Origin: Acidimicrobiia bacterium
GTDB lineage: Bacteria > Actinomycetota > Acidimicrobiia > Spongiisociales > ZC4RG35
Length of the DNA stretch: 64,000 bases
Assembly (NCBI GenBank): GCA_041747855.1
Contig: JBGTEJ010000048.1
Location: 19,018 to 83,017, forward strand
Reading direction: 5' to 3'
Shown: positions 45,804-55,760 of the stretch, in pieces
How the letters are laid out: each line of letters starts with the position of its first letter
Position numbering within the stretch: the stretch's first letter is position 1
The notes under the pieces: generated by a model
What the model was told of the DNA's origin: nothing
The model's database searches: none
The model's input: only the letters and a program-made list of their open reading frames with translations
Program-made: the position numbers and the translations under genes

Positions 45804-47462
45804 TCAGGTGCTCTCGCTGACCACCTCACGGAGGAGGTCCAGGCGCATCGAGCCGTTGTTGATGATGGCCGAGTGGAAGGCGCGAAGGTCGAAGGCGGCC
45901 CCGAGGCGACTCCTCTCAGCTTCCCGGATCGACAAGATCTCACGCTCTCCCAGCTTGTACGAGATGGCCTGTGCGGGCCAGCCGAGGTATCGCAGTACTT
46001 CCGCTTCTGCCTGCGCCGGCGACTGGAACCCGTACTCCTGCATCGCCTCGACCGCAGTCTCGAAACGCCACTTCTCGCCTGGAGCGACCACAGCGTTGTT
46101 GGGGACCCGGAGTCCGAGATGGATACCGATGTCCACCACGACCCGGGCGGCGCGATACGCCTGCTTGGTGAGCATCCCGAAATAGTGGGCCGGATTCTCC
46201 AGGTACCCCAGTTCTCCCATGAGCACTTCGGCATACATCCCCCAACCTTCGGAGTATCCCGGGTACCAGGTCATCGAGCGCTGGGTCCTGCTCAAGTCGT
46301 CCTTCCGATGCTTCACGGTGGCGATCTGGAGATGATGCCCGGGGAAACCCTCGTGGTAGGCGGTCGAGACGTGCTTGTAAGTCGGGAAGACCTTCTCATC
46401 CCCCACCGAGTACCACACCCCACCGGGACGGCTGAAGTCCTCCGATGGCGGCGTGTAGTAGGCCCCTAATGGACTACCGGCGGGTGCGATCTGGACCGTG
46501 AGCGGGCGGATCTGGTCGGGGACATCGAAGTGATGCCCGGCAAGTTCATCCACCGCCCGAGCCAAAACTCCGGTCACGAACTCCACGAGCCCCTCGTGGG
46601 AGTCGACCAGCCCACTCGGGTCCGTCTCCAGATGATGCCTGACCTCTGAAAGAGGAGCACCAGGGAGGATCTCCTGCCCGATCCGCTCCATCTCGGAAAA
46701 CAGCCTGCCCAACTCCTCCCAACCCCATTCGTAGGCCTCGGCTGGATCGACGGACAACCCCACCAGCCTGTCCGCCTCCCGACGGTAGACATCCTCGCCA
46801 ACTCCATCCGCATCGCCGGCGTCGGGCAGATAGATCTCCACCAGCCACCGGGAGAACCCTGCGGCCTCACTGCGAGCATGATCCACGGCGTCCTCGAGTG
46901 TTCTGTCCCGGTGGTCTCCAGCCTTGGCCAACAACTCCAGGAATGCAGAGGCCTCACCGGCCAAGTGCCCGGCCTGCTCGGCCACCGAACGCACTTGACG
47001 TTTGGAAACGGTGATACCCCTCCGTCGACCTTCGTCGAGTCTGTGCCGGTAATCGTCAAACGGCTTGTCGATGGTGGCGAGTCGGGAGACGATTGCCGAC
47101 CATTGCTCACCTGTCGAGGTGGGCATCATGTCGAACACTCTCGGGATCTGGTGGAAAGACGATCCGAGGTGTCTCAGATCTAGGAAGTGGTCTCCCGCCT
47201 CATAGCTGGCCAACCGTTCGTCGATACTGCCGATGGTCACCCGGGCGGCGAGACTCTGCCGACGGTCGGGATTCGCAAGGTGCTCCGCGAACTGTGACCG
47301 GTATTGTCTCGACAGTTCGGCCATCGCTTCCACACCGGCGAGCGACAAGGCCTCCCCCCACTCGTGGTTCTTCCCGGGAATTCCTAGGAAGGTTGCCATC
47401 ACCGGACTGATCTCAGCGGCTTCCTCCACATATCGGTGCGCCAGATCGAATGCGTTTGCCAT
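45804..47462 (-). CDS. DUF885 family protein (metallopeptidase-like, HEGxPGHH motif)
   Basis: 552 aa with the YHEGFPGHHLQ motif. Confidence 0.7.
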   Translation of the reverse strand: MANAFDLAHRYVEEAAEISPVMATFLGIPGKNHEWGEALSLAGVEAMAELSRQYRSQFAEHLANPDRRQSLAARVTIGSIDERLASYEAGDHFLDLRHLGSSFHQIPRVFDMMPTSTGEQWSAIVSRLATIDKPFDDYRHRLDEGRRRGITVSKRQVRSVAEQAGHLAGEASAFLELLAKAGDHRDRTLEDAVDHARSEAAGFSRWLVEIYLPDAGDADGVGEDVYRREADRLVGLSVDPAEAYEWGWEELGRLFSEMERIGQEILPGAPLSEVRHHLETDPSGLVDSHEGLVEFVTGVLARAVDELAGHHFDVPDQIRPLTVQIAPAGSPLGAYYTPPSEDFSRPGGVWYSVGDEKVFPTYKHVSTAYHEGFPGHHLQIATVKHRKDDLSRTQRSMTWYPGYSEGWGMYAEVLMGELGYLENPAHYFGMLTKQAYRAARVVVDIGIHLGLRVPNNAVVAPGEKWRFETAVEAMQEYGFQSPAQAEAEVLRYLGWPAQAISYKLGEREILSIREAERSRLGAAFDLRAFHSAIINNGSMRLDLLREVVSEST

Positions 47463-47487
47463 CCAGGAGACCCTAATTGCCGGGCAG

Positions 47488-48012
47488 CTACTTGCGGACG
47501 GTCCGCTCCTGTCTCATGTGGAGGTCGATGGAGGCGGTGTTGTCGATGGTCACATATGCCTCAGGTGACACTTCCCTGACCATGTCGAGCACCGCGTCGA
47601 GACTCTTTCTGGGGAGCACGGTGAAGGTGACCTGGACCTCCCCGTTCATGCCATCACCATTGAGTACCGTCGCTCCGAACCCACGCTCTCTGAGCAGCGG
47701 AGCCACTGCAGGAGCATTCGTCGGTGTCACGATCCTCACCATCGACTGTCCTATGGCTAGCCACTCCTCGACCATCGAACCCAAGTAGGTCCCGGCCGCA
47801 AAGCCCGCCGCAAAAGCCACCATCCGAATTGGATCGTCCAATGCGGTCAGCACCCGGGCAACCGCCACCACCCAGATCAAGGCTTCGAAGAACCCGATGA
47901 GCGAGGCCGTCCCTTTCCGGCCCCTGGAGAGCAGGACGATGCGGACCGTGGCCATACCGACGTCGAGGGCACGGAGTACGAATATGAAGAGGAGGTCGAG
48001 AACTAGAGCCAT
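47488..48012 (-). CDS. UPF0316/DUF2179 family membrane protein
   Basis: 174 aa: LDVGMATVRIVLLSRGRKGTASLIGFFEALIWVVAV... fits the family pattern. Confidence 0.6.
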   Translation of the reverse strand: MALVLDLLFIFVLRALDVGMATVRIVLLSRGRKGTASLIGFFEALIWVVAVARVLTALDDPIRMVAFAAGFAAGTYLGSMVEEWLAIGQSMVRIVTPTNAPAVAPLLRERGFGATVLNGDGMNGEVQVTFTVLPRKSLDAVLDMVREVSPEAYVTIDNTASIDLHMRQERTVRK

Positions 48013-48101
48013 GTAGCGGCCAGAGTAGAAACCGGTCGACTCTCACCCGGGTAATGGGACACTCGGTCTCAACCGTCTTTGCCAGCAGGTACCGTTGTCC
48101 G

Positions 48102-49082
48102 ATGAGATTTGGCGCATTTGTACCTCAAGGCTGGCGTCTCGACCTGGCTAGCATCCCCACGACAGAGCACTGGGAGGTGATGCTGGCCTCCGCCCGGCGG
48201 ATCGAGGAATCGGGATTCGAGTCGTTGTGGGTTTACGACCACTTCCACACCGTCCCGCTGCCCACCCAGGAGGTGACCTACGAGGCTTGGACCCTGATGG
48301 CAGCACTGGCAGCGACGACCGACACCGTCCGTCTCGGTCAGATGTGCACCTGCAACACCTACCGACCACCCTCCTACCTGGCCAAGGTGGCCGTCTCGAT
48401 CGACGTCATCTCGGGCGGACGCCTGGAGATGGGGATCGGAGCCGGCTGGTACGAGGAGGAGCACGACGGGTACGGCTACCCGTTTCTCCCGCCCGGCCCG
48501 AGGCTGGGAATGCTCCGTGAGGGTGTCGAGATCATGAAGGCCATGTGGACCGAGGACGAGGTCACCTACGAGGGGAAGTTCTACAACCTGAAGGGGGCCA
48601 TCTGTCAACCAAAACCGGTCCAGAAACCACACATCCCTCTCTGGGTGGCGGGTGGTGGCGAGAAGGTGACGTTGCGAATCGCCGCCCAGCACGCCACCTA
48701 CTCGAACTTCGGGGTCGATCTCGACAACTTCAAGAAGAAGTCGCGCCTCCTCGCCGAGCACTGTGGCGACCTTGGGACCGACTTCGACTCGATCACCCGG
48801 TCAGCCAACTTCAACATCATGGTCGCCGAGACCGAGGTCGAGGTCGAGGCCAAGAAGTCCTGGCTGGTCGACCACTTCAAGGCCCACATGCCCGAGGAGC
48901 GCGCCCAACGACAGGTGGCCCTCTACGACACCATGTCGGGAACACCGGAACAGGTGGTGGAGCGGCTGTCGGAATGGGAAAAGGCGGGGATGAAATACTT
49001 CATCGGATTCTTCCCCGACATCGCCTACGACACGTCGAGCCTGGATCTTTTCGCCAGAGAGGTCATACCGGTGCTCAACTGA
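48102..49082 (+). CDS. LLM-class F420-dependent oxidoreductase
   Basis: The start is trimmed to the ATG at 48102 (MRFGAFVPQG...). It has LWVYDH, GRLEMGIGAGW, and a luciferase-like TIM barrel. Confidence 0.8.
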   Translation: MRFGAFVPQGWRLDLASIPTTEHWEVMLASARRIEESGFESLWVYDHFHTVPLPTQEVTYEAWTLMAALAATTDTVRLGQMCTCNTYRPPSYLAKVAVSIDVISGGRLEMGIGAGWYEEEHDGYGYPFLPPGPRLGMLREGVEIMKAMWTEDEVTYEGKFYNLKGAICQPKPVQKPHIPLWVAGGGEKVTLRIAAQHATYSNFGVDLDNFKKKSRLLAEHCGDLGTDFDSITRSANFNIMVAETEVEVEAKKSWLVDHFKAHMPEERAQRQVALYDTMSGTPEQVVERLSEWEKAGMKYFIGFFPDIAYDTSSLDLFAREVIPVLN

Positions 49083-49085
49083 AGA

Positions 49086-50165
49086 TCAGTTGGTCAGAAC
49101 GCGGATGGCGGAGAAGGGCACCCTGACGACCATGGTCGGAGAGCCGTCGAGCGCCGAGTCGGAATAGACCCAGAGCTCATATGAGCTCCAGTCGCCCTCC
49201 CGACCGCTCAGGTCGGCCGTGATCTCGAAGGTCCCCCAGCATCCGGTCCCACAGCTGGCGGTGACATGACCGGAGTGGGCGGGTAAGGCCACAGGACCGT
49301 CGTAGACCTGCCAGGACAACGCTGCTTCGAACACATTCGCCCAGCCACGGACGGTCAAGATCCCATCGGAGTCGATGACCACAGGTTCGGTGATGATGAT
49401 CGGGTTCAGCTCGTCGATGAAGGACAGCGTGTTCACAGGGTCGAGGAGGGATATGCCCTCCAATCCGAACGCCTCGACCGGGCTGCCCTCGACCGTGAAC
49501 AACACCTCGTGGACTTCGAATTGGAGCGTGGTGAAGATGATCTGGTTCAACATCGTCACATCGGCCAGCAACCCACCGGCACCGGCCAGGAACTCAGGGC
49601 TCATGTCGAGTGTCACCCGGGTCAGGCCCTCTCCAGTGGTCTCGAAGGACTTCCTGAGGATCTTGACACCGTCGGGAACTGCGTTGGCAAAGCCGGGCGG
49701 CAACGAGAGCGGAAGATCATGCAGGTTGAACAGGACATCCTCTGGCGCTCGAATCGAGTCGAGAACCGCGGGATCGCCGCCGGGGGCCAAGCCCAGGTAG
49801 AAAGCAACGATGGCAGGGTTTCCCGTATAACTCCCAGTCGGGGACTGCACCAGGAACACCGGCCAGGGGGCCCAGGCCGTGGGCGCAGGCTGGTTCGTAT
49901 CTGAAGAAGTCGTGCTCGAAGGCATCGACGTGGTGGTGGTGGTTTCGCCGGCCAGCGGGTCTCCACCCCCCTGCCACAGCACGAACGGGAGTGCGAGGGC
50001 GACCACGGTCAATCCGGCTGCAGCGAAGACCCACGCCCCACTACGACGGGGCCGTACTGGTTGGACCGTCGGGATGTCATCCGGGTAGACGGGTGCCTCA
50101 GGGGACATCGCCACCATCCGGTTGAGAAGGTCTTTGATCTTGTTCCGGTCACTCATGACAACCAC
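49086..50165 (-). CDS. Putative anti-sigma factor with extracytoplasmic GerMN/Gmad2-like domains
   Basis: It overlaps the upstream ECF sigma gene by 13 nt. It has a cytoplasmic N-terminus, one TM (WVFAAAGLTVVALALPFVLW), a Thr-rich linker, then beta-rich domains. Confidence 0.5.
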   Translation of the reverse strand: MVVMSDRNKIKDLLNRMVAMSPEAPVYPDDIPTVQPVRPRRSGAWVFAAAGLTVVALALPFVLWQGGGDPLAGETTTTTSMPSSTTSSDTNQPAPTAWAPWPVFLVQSPTGSYTGNPAIVAFYLGLAPGGDPAVLDSIRAPEDVLFNLHDLPLSLPPGFANAVPDGVKILRKSFETTGEGLTRVTLDMSPEFLAGAGGLLADVTMLNQIIFTTLQFEVHEVLFTVEGSPVEAFGLEGISLLDPVNTLSFIDELNPIIITEPVVIDSDGILTVRGWANVFEAALSWQVYDGPVALPAHSGHVTASCGTGCWGTFEITADLSGREGDWSSYELWVYSDSALDGSPTMVVRVPFSAIRVLTN

Positions 50166-50623
50166 TCTCCAAGTCTCTTCCTGGCCCTTGCCAGGTGCTT
50201 CTTCACAGCTCCCGGCGACACTCCCATCCGTTCGGCAACCTCTTCCGGCCTGAGGTCCTCCCAGTACGTGAGATAGACCGCAGAGCGCTGTTGTATCGAG
50301 AGCCGGTTCACTGCCTCGAGCACCTCGAAGTCGATCTCGATCGGCTGGACGGCCTCGCGTTCAGCAACCTTTGCCTCCCTGAGCCGTCGGGCCAGGGTGC
50401 TCCGATGGTGATCGTTGGCTACCGAGAGGACCGCCCGGTACAGATAGGCGCGCTGGTTCGCCACTTCCGGCCACCCCTTGCTGGTGAACACTCGAAGACA
50501 AGAGTCGGTCACCACGTCGGCGGCGTCGAAGGGCCCCACCAGGGTCGTTGCGTATGCGGTTAGCTCCTTGGCGTAGAGCCGGTAAATGTCTTCGTTGTTC
50601 ATCACGCGTGTTGCGATGATCAT
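50153..50623 (-). CDS. ECF RNA polymerase sigma factor
   Basis: Region 2 reads DIYRLYAKELTAYA...DAADVVTDSCLRVF, and region 4 reads LSIQQRSAVYLTYWEDLRPEEVAERMGVSPGAVKKHLARARKRL. The start is trimmed to the ATG at 50623 to avoid overlap with the LCP gene. Confidence 0.75.
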   Translation of the reverse strand: MIIATRVMNNEDIYRLYAKELTAYATTLVGPFDAADVVTDSCLRVFTSKGWPEVANQRAYLYRAVLSVANDHHRSTLARRLREAKVAEREAVQPIEIDFEVLEAVNRLSIQQRSAVYLTYWEDLRPEEVAERMGVSPGAVKKHLARARKRLGEWLS

Positions 50624-50663
50624 GCCCCTGAGACGGAGCCAACCGACGGATTGGGTGACAGGC

Positions 50664-52118
50664 TCAATCAAATGATTGGTCGCAGGCCGCATCGAGCGAC
50701 CCCAGACCCAGACGGTCCCGGGCGGCGACCGGATCCTCCATCAAGAGAGTGGCTTCACTCTTGATCCTGACGAGGTCGTAGTAGGTACGTCCGGGGGCTG
50801 TCGATACGACGTAGGAGCGGTCGATTCGCAGGGAGCCGATCCTGTCGGTGCTGATCTTGGGGAGCAGATCGACGAAATCGACCAGACGATCCTGGGGGAT
50901 GTCGGTGGTGACACTCGACTTGACTGCGGTAGCCAGCTTGGGGAAGTTGAGGAGTATCTCCAGCGGGCTGGACTGTTCGATGACCGCCCCCAGTACGCAC
51001 CTCTGACGATGCATCCTGGCGAAGTCGTCGGATGGTCGTCTGATCCGGGCGTATGCAAGGGCCATGTGCCCGTCGAGGTGCTGACGGCCAGCCTGGATCT
51101 CGACCCTGACCGTCGAGCCATTCTCGTGAGGGTAGGTGGGGTCGATGATGGTCTTGGGGACATCGATTGTCACCCCACCCAGGGCGTCGACCACCCCCAC
51201 GAAGCCATCGAGGGTGACCATGGCGTAGTAATGGATGGGTATCCCGAGGAGCTCCCCGAGTGCGCCTTTGATGGCGTTGAACCACGGCTCGTTGGGTCCA
51301 GGGAACGCCGACGGGTTGCGTTCGGCAGCGTCGTACAAGTGAGTCAAGAGGTCGGGGAAGCAGTTGCAGTCCCAGGTCCCCATGCCCATCGGAAGTGGGA
51401 CATTCGAGAGGTTCCGGGGCACCGAGATCATCGCCACCTCTCCGTTACTCGGATCGATGCTGACCACGATGGTGGTATCGGTCCGTACTCCGGTCCGCCC
51501 GACACCGGCATCGGCCCCCAACAGGACGATGTTGAGGCGGTCCAACCCATCCCAGACAGGAGGAATCGTGGTCGTGGGGATGGTGGTAGTCGTGGTGCTA
51601 TCGGGCTGACTCGTCGTCGAACCGGGAAGCGTCGTAGTCGACTCCGGTGTCGTGCTGCTCGTCGTCGTGGTATCGGCGACCACGGGAGTTTTGGGTGAGA
51701 AGACCGAACGGATCAGGTCGTACTGGGTCCAGGCGAACAACCCGAGCACCAGATGCGGTATTACCAACAGACCCACTGCGGCCACCATGCCGATGCCATC
51801 AGCCCACCCTCGAGGCCCCACTGTTGCCGCCCGATACGCACCCGCCACGGCGAAGGTTCGATAAACCAGGACCGCGATGTTGAACCCCATGATGGCGAGA
51901 AGGGCGTTCGGACTCACCCAAAGCTTCACCGCTTCGAGTTGGAGCGGACCCAGAAGGAGTACCAGCCCGGTGAACAGCAGCATGTTCACGACGAACAACG
52001 CGTATGCGATCCGGCTCAGGCCGACATACACCTGACCCCATCCGGGGACGATGGCCGAGAACAGTGCGGCCGCGGCGGCGCCCGGCTGTCGCCGTTCGGC
52101 ACCCGGGACGGTCGACAT
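50664..52118 (-). CDS. LCP (LytR-CpsA-Psr) family cell-wall glycopolymer ligase with multi-TM N-terminal module
   Basis: LytR_cpsA_psr core: LNIVLLGADAG...RTDTTIVVSIDPSNGEVAMISVPRNL. The N-terminus has ~4 TM helices with an IVPGWGQVYVG motif, then a Thr-rich linker. Confidence 0.8.
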   Translation of the reverse strand: MSTVPGAERRQPGAAAAALFSAIVPGWGQVYVGLSRIAYALFVVNMLLFTGLVLLLGPLQLEAVKLWVSPNALLAIMGFNIAVLVYRTFAVAGAYRAATVGPRGWADGIGMVAAVGLLVIPHLVLGLFAWTQYDLIRSVFSPKTPVVADTTTTSSTTPESTTTLPGSTTSQPDSTTTTTIPTTTIPPVWDGLDRLNIVLLGADAGVGRTGVRTDTTIVVSIDPSNGEVAMISVPRNLSNVPLPMGMGTWDCNCFPDLLTHLYDAAERNPSAFPGPNEPWFNAIKGALGELLGIPIHYYAMVTLDGFVGVVDALGGVTIDVPKTIIDPTYPHENGSTVRVEIQAGRQHLDGHMALAYARIRRPSDDFARMHRQRCVLGAVIEQSSPLEILLNFPKLATAVKSSVTTDIPQDRLVDFVDLLPKISTDRIGSLRIDRSYVVSTAPGRTYYDLVRIKSEATLLMEDPVAARDRLGLGSLDAACDQSFD

Positions 52119-52221
52119 CTAGATCACCACTTGTGAGACGGCCGCAAACTCGCCATGTCACTTAGACGTAATGGACGGGTCTGACGGGTGACACTTTCAC
52201 CACAGGCGCAGCATGACGATT

Positions 52222-53724
52222 TCACGGGTCGAGCGACTCATCACAGGTCGAATCGAGACCGGTCAGCCCGAGTGCGGCCCTGGCACCTTCCGGATCACGC
52301 ATCAGGAACTGGGCATCGGCCTTGATCTGGGCGATGTCGAAGTAACGGATACTCGGGTTGGGTGCCGGGATCTCGTATGCCGACCGGGCGATGTTCAGGG
52401 TGGTGAAGTTCTCGGTTTTCAAGTTGGGTAGCAAGTCGACGAAGTCGACGAGTCTCTCCACAGGGATGTCAGTCTTCAGATTCGACTTGATCGCTTCGGA
52501 GACGGAGCCCAGGTTGAGCAGGATCGTCAGCGGATTGGTCTGTTCGACCAAAGCTGCAAGGACACATCGCTGACGTTGCATCCGGGCGAACTCGTGGGAC
52601 TGCGATCGGATACGGGAGTAGGCGAGGGCATGGAAACCGTCGAGCTTCTGGGGTCCGGCGTCGATCACGACCGTGGTTCTGGTCGCTCCATGGTGATTGT
52701 CGGCAGTGTCGTAGTTCCGGTCGACGATACGACGGGGAACGTCGAGGGTGACACCGCCAAGAGCGTCGATCAGGTCGATGAAGCCGCCGACTGTGATCAG
52801 GGCGTAATAGTGGATCGGAATTCCGAACAATTCTCCAAGGGCGGCTTTCACCGCATTCTCTCCCGGCGTCCCGGGGCCCGGATAGCGCTCTGGTCTGATG
52901 TCCTCGGCCCGACGGTAGACATGGCCGATCCAGTCCCAGTCGTCGAGGGTCCGGGGCACACCCATTCCCTCGGGCATCTCGAAGTTCGAAAGGAACCTGG
53001 GCACGGACAGGACTGCGACATCGAAGGGAGGTGCCGGATTGATGCTGACAACGATCATCACATCGGTCCGGTGGCCCACGTATCGCCGGTCGTTGGGATC
53101 GAGTGTCTCCTGATTGGGGCGCATGTCCGAACCCAACAACGCCACATTGAGACGATCCAGACCATCCCAGATCCGTGGTGGCTGGGTGGTGGTAGTCGTG
53201 GGTGGAACTGTGGTCGTGGTCGGCCCGGTGACCGAGGTTGACACTGAGTTGGTGGTCGTCGTAGTCGTGTCAGCAGCGATCGGAGGTGTCGGTGCGAACA
53301 CTGTGGTCAAGAGGTCATACTGGGTCCAGGCCGTATATCCCACGACCAGATGTGGAGCGACGAGCAGCAGTGTCGCCCCGACCAGTAACGCACCTGCGGA
53401 CATACTGGGACGTTCCGGGGGCGACGACCTGTATGCACTGGTCACGGCAAAGGCGCGATACCCCAGGAGGAGCAGATTCACCACCAGCACGATCAGCAGG
53501 GCCCGGGGGTCCAGCGAGATTTTGATCAGGTCGAGTTGGGAGCCAGCGAGGAAGAAGAGCGATGCGACCACCACGACATCGACCACAAAGAGAACATATG
53601 CCATGCGGGTCCGAGAAACGTAGGCGTGCCCGAGACCCGGGATGACAGCCGAGAGAAGTGCGGCCAGAGACCCGCGCCAGCCAGACCTGGGATGATTGGG
53701 ATCAGGGGAGGGCATCTCCGACAT
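52222..53724 (-). CDS. LCP (LytR-CpsA-Psr) family protein, paralog of 50664..52118
   Basis: LNVALLGSDMRPN...RTDVMIVVSINPAPPFDVAVLSVPRFL. It shares the N-terminal 4-TM module (VIPGLGHAYVS...YRAFAV...PHLVVGYTAWTQYDL). The start is uncertain (ATG 53724 with an AGGA SD, or 53745, or 53838). Confidence 0.75.
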   Translation of the reverse strand: MSEMPSPDPNHPRSGWRGSLAALLSAVIPGLGHAYVSRTRMAYVLFVVDVVVVASLFFLAGSQLDLIKISLDPRALLIVLVVNLLLLGYRAFAVTSAYRSSPPERPSMSAGALLVGATLLLVAPHLVVGYTAWTQYDLLTTVFAPTPPIAADTTTTTTNSVSTSVTGPTTTTVPPTTTTTQPPRIWDGLDRLNVALLGSDMRPNQETLDPNDRRYVGHRTDVMIVVSINPAPPFDVAVLSVPRFLSNFEMPEGMGVPRTLDDWDWIGHVYRRAEDIRPERYPGPGTPGENAVKAALGELFGIPIHYYALITVGGFIDLIDALGGVTLDVPRRIVDRNYDTADNHHGATRTTVVIDAGPQKLDGFHALAYSRIRSQSHEFARMQRQRCVLAALVEQTNPLTILLNLGSVSEAIKSNLKTDIPVERLVDFVDLLPNLKTENFTTLNIARSAYEIPAPNPSIRYFDIAQIKADAQFLMRDPEGARAALGLTGLDSTCDESLDP

Positions 53725-53822
53725 TGATCCTACGACGTCGGTCATTTCACATAGGTTCCGGGGATGAAGTCGGGGAAAGACCTCCGCCACAAATAACCTG
53801 ACCCGGCGACGTTCGACATCCG

Positions 53823-55724
53823 ATGAGTCAAGACCCAAGCAAGAACGACAAGAACGGCCGAGACGGCCCCCAAACCCGATATGCCAATCTCCGCAGCGAT
53901 GGCACCGCCTACATCGTCGCGGGCAGCGCCATCGCCGGTTTGGCCGCCTATGCCTACCAGTTCCTCGGCGGGCAGACCCTCGGCACTCACGACTTCGCCC
54001 CGGTGTCCTTCCTGCTGTCGATCCACTTCCTGGTGCTCATCGTGATCCTGATGCCCATCGAGCAGCTCGTGATCAGACGTCTCACCCTCGACCGGACCAG
54101 GATCGGGCTCCCCCGGTCCGTCTACTGGTTGGCCGCAGTCGTCACGGCGACTGCCACCCTGGTGGCAGCGTTGGGTGTCGAGCGATTCCTGAATGGTGAT
54201 CACCGCTTCATCTTCTTCACCACCCTCACCGTGGCCACCCACTTCCTGTTCGTCGTAGCCCGGGGCCACTTTGCAGGATGGCGAAGGTTCAGGGTGTATG
54301 GGACATCCTCTGCCCTGGCCTCGGTGGCGCGACTGGGGATAGCCCTCGTAATCACCCTCATTCGTCCTTCCGCGTCTGGCTTCGCCCTAGGCCTGATCCT
54401 CGGGCCTCTAGTGGTGGCTCTCTGGAAACCTTTCCGCCCGGTCGCCGTCGACCGGCCGGAACTAGACGCGGACGCCCGGGAGACCATTGATGATCGCGGT
54501 CTTCTCCGGGGACTGGTCCTTGCCGCCGCCTCCACACAGGCCCTCCTCCTCTCCGGCCCGGTAGTGGTCGGGCTGTTGGGCGGGAGTCCGACCGAGCAAA
54601 GCATCGCTTTTGCCGCCTTCACCCTCGGCCGCGCTCCACTGGTGTTCGGCTACAACCTTCTCGCACGCGTCCTGCCTCCGTTCACTGAGATGGCCGCCCG
54701 CGGAGAACGCGACGAACTGAGGGCGTGGGCCCGGGGCATGGCCTGGGCGGCGGTCGGGTTGAGCGCTGTCGCCGGACTCATGGGGTGGTTCCTCGGACCT
54801 TGGGTTACGGCAGTGTTCGGAGAGGGCTTTCAGGCCACGAGCCTCGATTCGGCGGTCATCGCTGTGGGGGTGATCTTCGCCGGGGCAGGTCTCTTCGTCG
54901 GTCAGATCCTGGTAGCCAGGGGGCGGTCCGGCAGTCTCGCCCTCGCCTGGTTCGGCGGACTGGTCGGTGCGATCGCCATGATCGTCTCCAATCCCGCAGT
55001 CAACCCGATAACGCGGGTCGCCTTCGGATTCGTGACCGGCGCAGTGGTCTCGCTGGTAGGTCTCGTGGTCGGAGCGGTTACCACCAGCAAGGGGGAAGTG
55101 GGCATTCAGAGTGCATACGTGCTCTCGAAGCGAACCGTGGACATCGCGATTTCCCTGGTCGTCCTCGTCCTCTCCTTTCCTCTGGTCCTCCTGGTGGGAG
55201 TCGTCGTTCGTCTCACGTCACCAGGACCGGTCTTCTTCAAGCAAAGACGTCTGGGTAAAGGGGGACGACCCTTTGGCCTCATCAAGATCAGGACGATGGA
55301 GGCAAACGCCGACGAAACCGTATTCGCCGAGCACCTGGCCAAACTCGAGGCGGCTAAACACTCTGACACCCCCAAGGCCATCCGAATCACCGACGATTAC
55401 CGCATAACTCCTGTGGGTCGAATTCTGAGAAAGACGTCCATCGATGAGCTCCCCAACTTCTGGAACGTGCTGCGTGGGTCGATGTCACTCGTCGGGCCCC
55501 GACCCCTGGTCCCTGCCGAGGCCGAGCTCATCGGTCTGGACAATCCACGATTCGAGGTGAAGCCGGGGATCACGGGTCTGGCCCAGGTCTATGGTCGGGA
55601 CACCATCACCCTCGATGAGCGGACTCGTCTCGACGAGGAGTATGTGAGGAATCGTTCACCGCGTATGGACACCCGAATCATGTTGAGGACCGTGAGAGCA
55701 ATATTCACCGAGCCCGGGGATTGA
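53823..55724 (+). CDS. Fusion protein: N-terminal ~440-aa polytopic (MOP/Wzx-like) membrane domain plus C-terminal bacterial sugar transferase (phosphoglycosyl transferase, WbaP/CpsE 'Bac_transf' domain)
   Basis: The C-terminal domain KRTVDIAISLVVLVLSFPLVLLVGVVVRLTSPGPVFFKQRRLGKGGRPF...DELPNFWNVLRGSMSLVGPRP is a canonical PGT catalytic domain. The N-terminal region has ~10-12 TM helices. Confidence 0.75.
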   Translation: MSQDPSKNDKNGRDGPQTRYANLRSDGTAYIVAGSAIAGLAAYAYQFLGGQTLGTHDFAPVSFLLSIHFLVLIVILMPIEQLVIRRLTLDRTRIGLPRSVYWLAAVVTATATLVAALGVERFLNGDHRFIFFTTLTVATHFLFVVARGHFAGWRRFRVYGTSSALASVARLGIALVITLIRPSASGFALGLILGPLVVALWKPFRPVAVDRPELDADARETIDDRGLLRGLVLAAASTQALLLSGPVVVGLLGGSPTEQSIAFAAFTLGRAPLVFGYNLLARVLPPFTEMAARGERDELRAWARGMAWAAVGLSAVAGLMGWFLGPWVTAVFGEGFQATSLDSAVIAVGVIFAGAGLFVGQILVARGRSGSLALAWFGGLVGAIAMIVSNPAVNPITRVAFGFVTGAVVSLVGLVVGAVTTSKGEVGIQSAYVLSKRTVDIAISLVVLVLSFPLVLLVGVVVRLTSPGPVFFKQRRLGKGGRPFGLIKIRTMEANADETVFAEHLAKLEAAKHSDTPKAIRITDDYRITPVGRILRKTSIDELPNFWNVLRGSMSLVGPRPLVPAEAELIGLDNPRFEVKPGITGLAQVYGRDTITLDERTRLDEEYVRNRSPRMDTRIMLRTVRAIFTEPGD

Positions 55725-55760
55725 CGTCTACTCTCGTCGCCAGCGACCGGAGGGGTTGTT

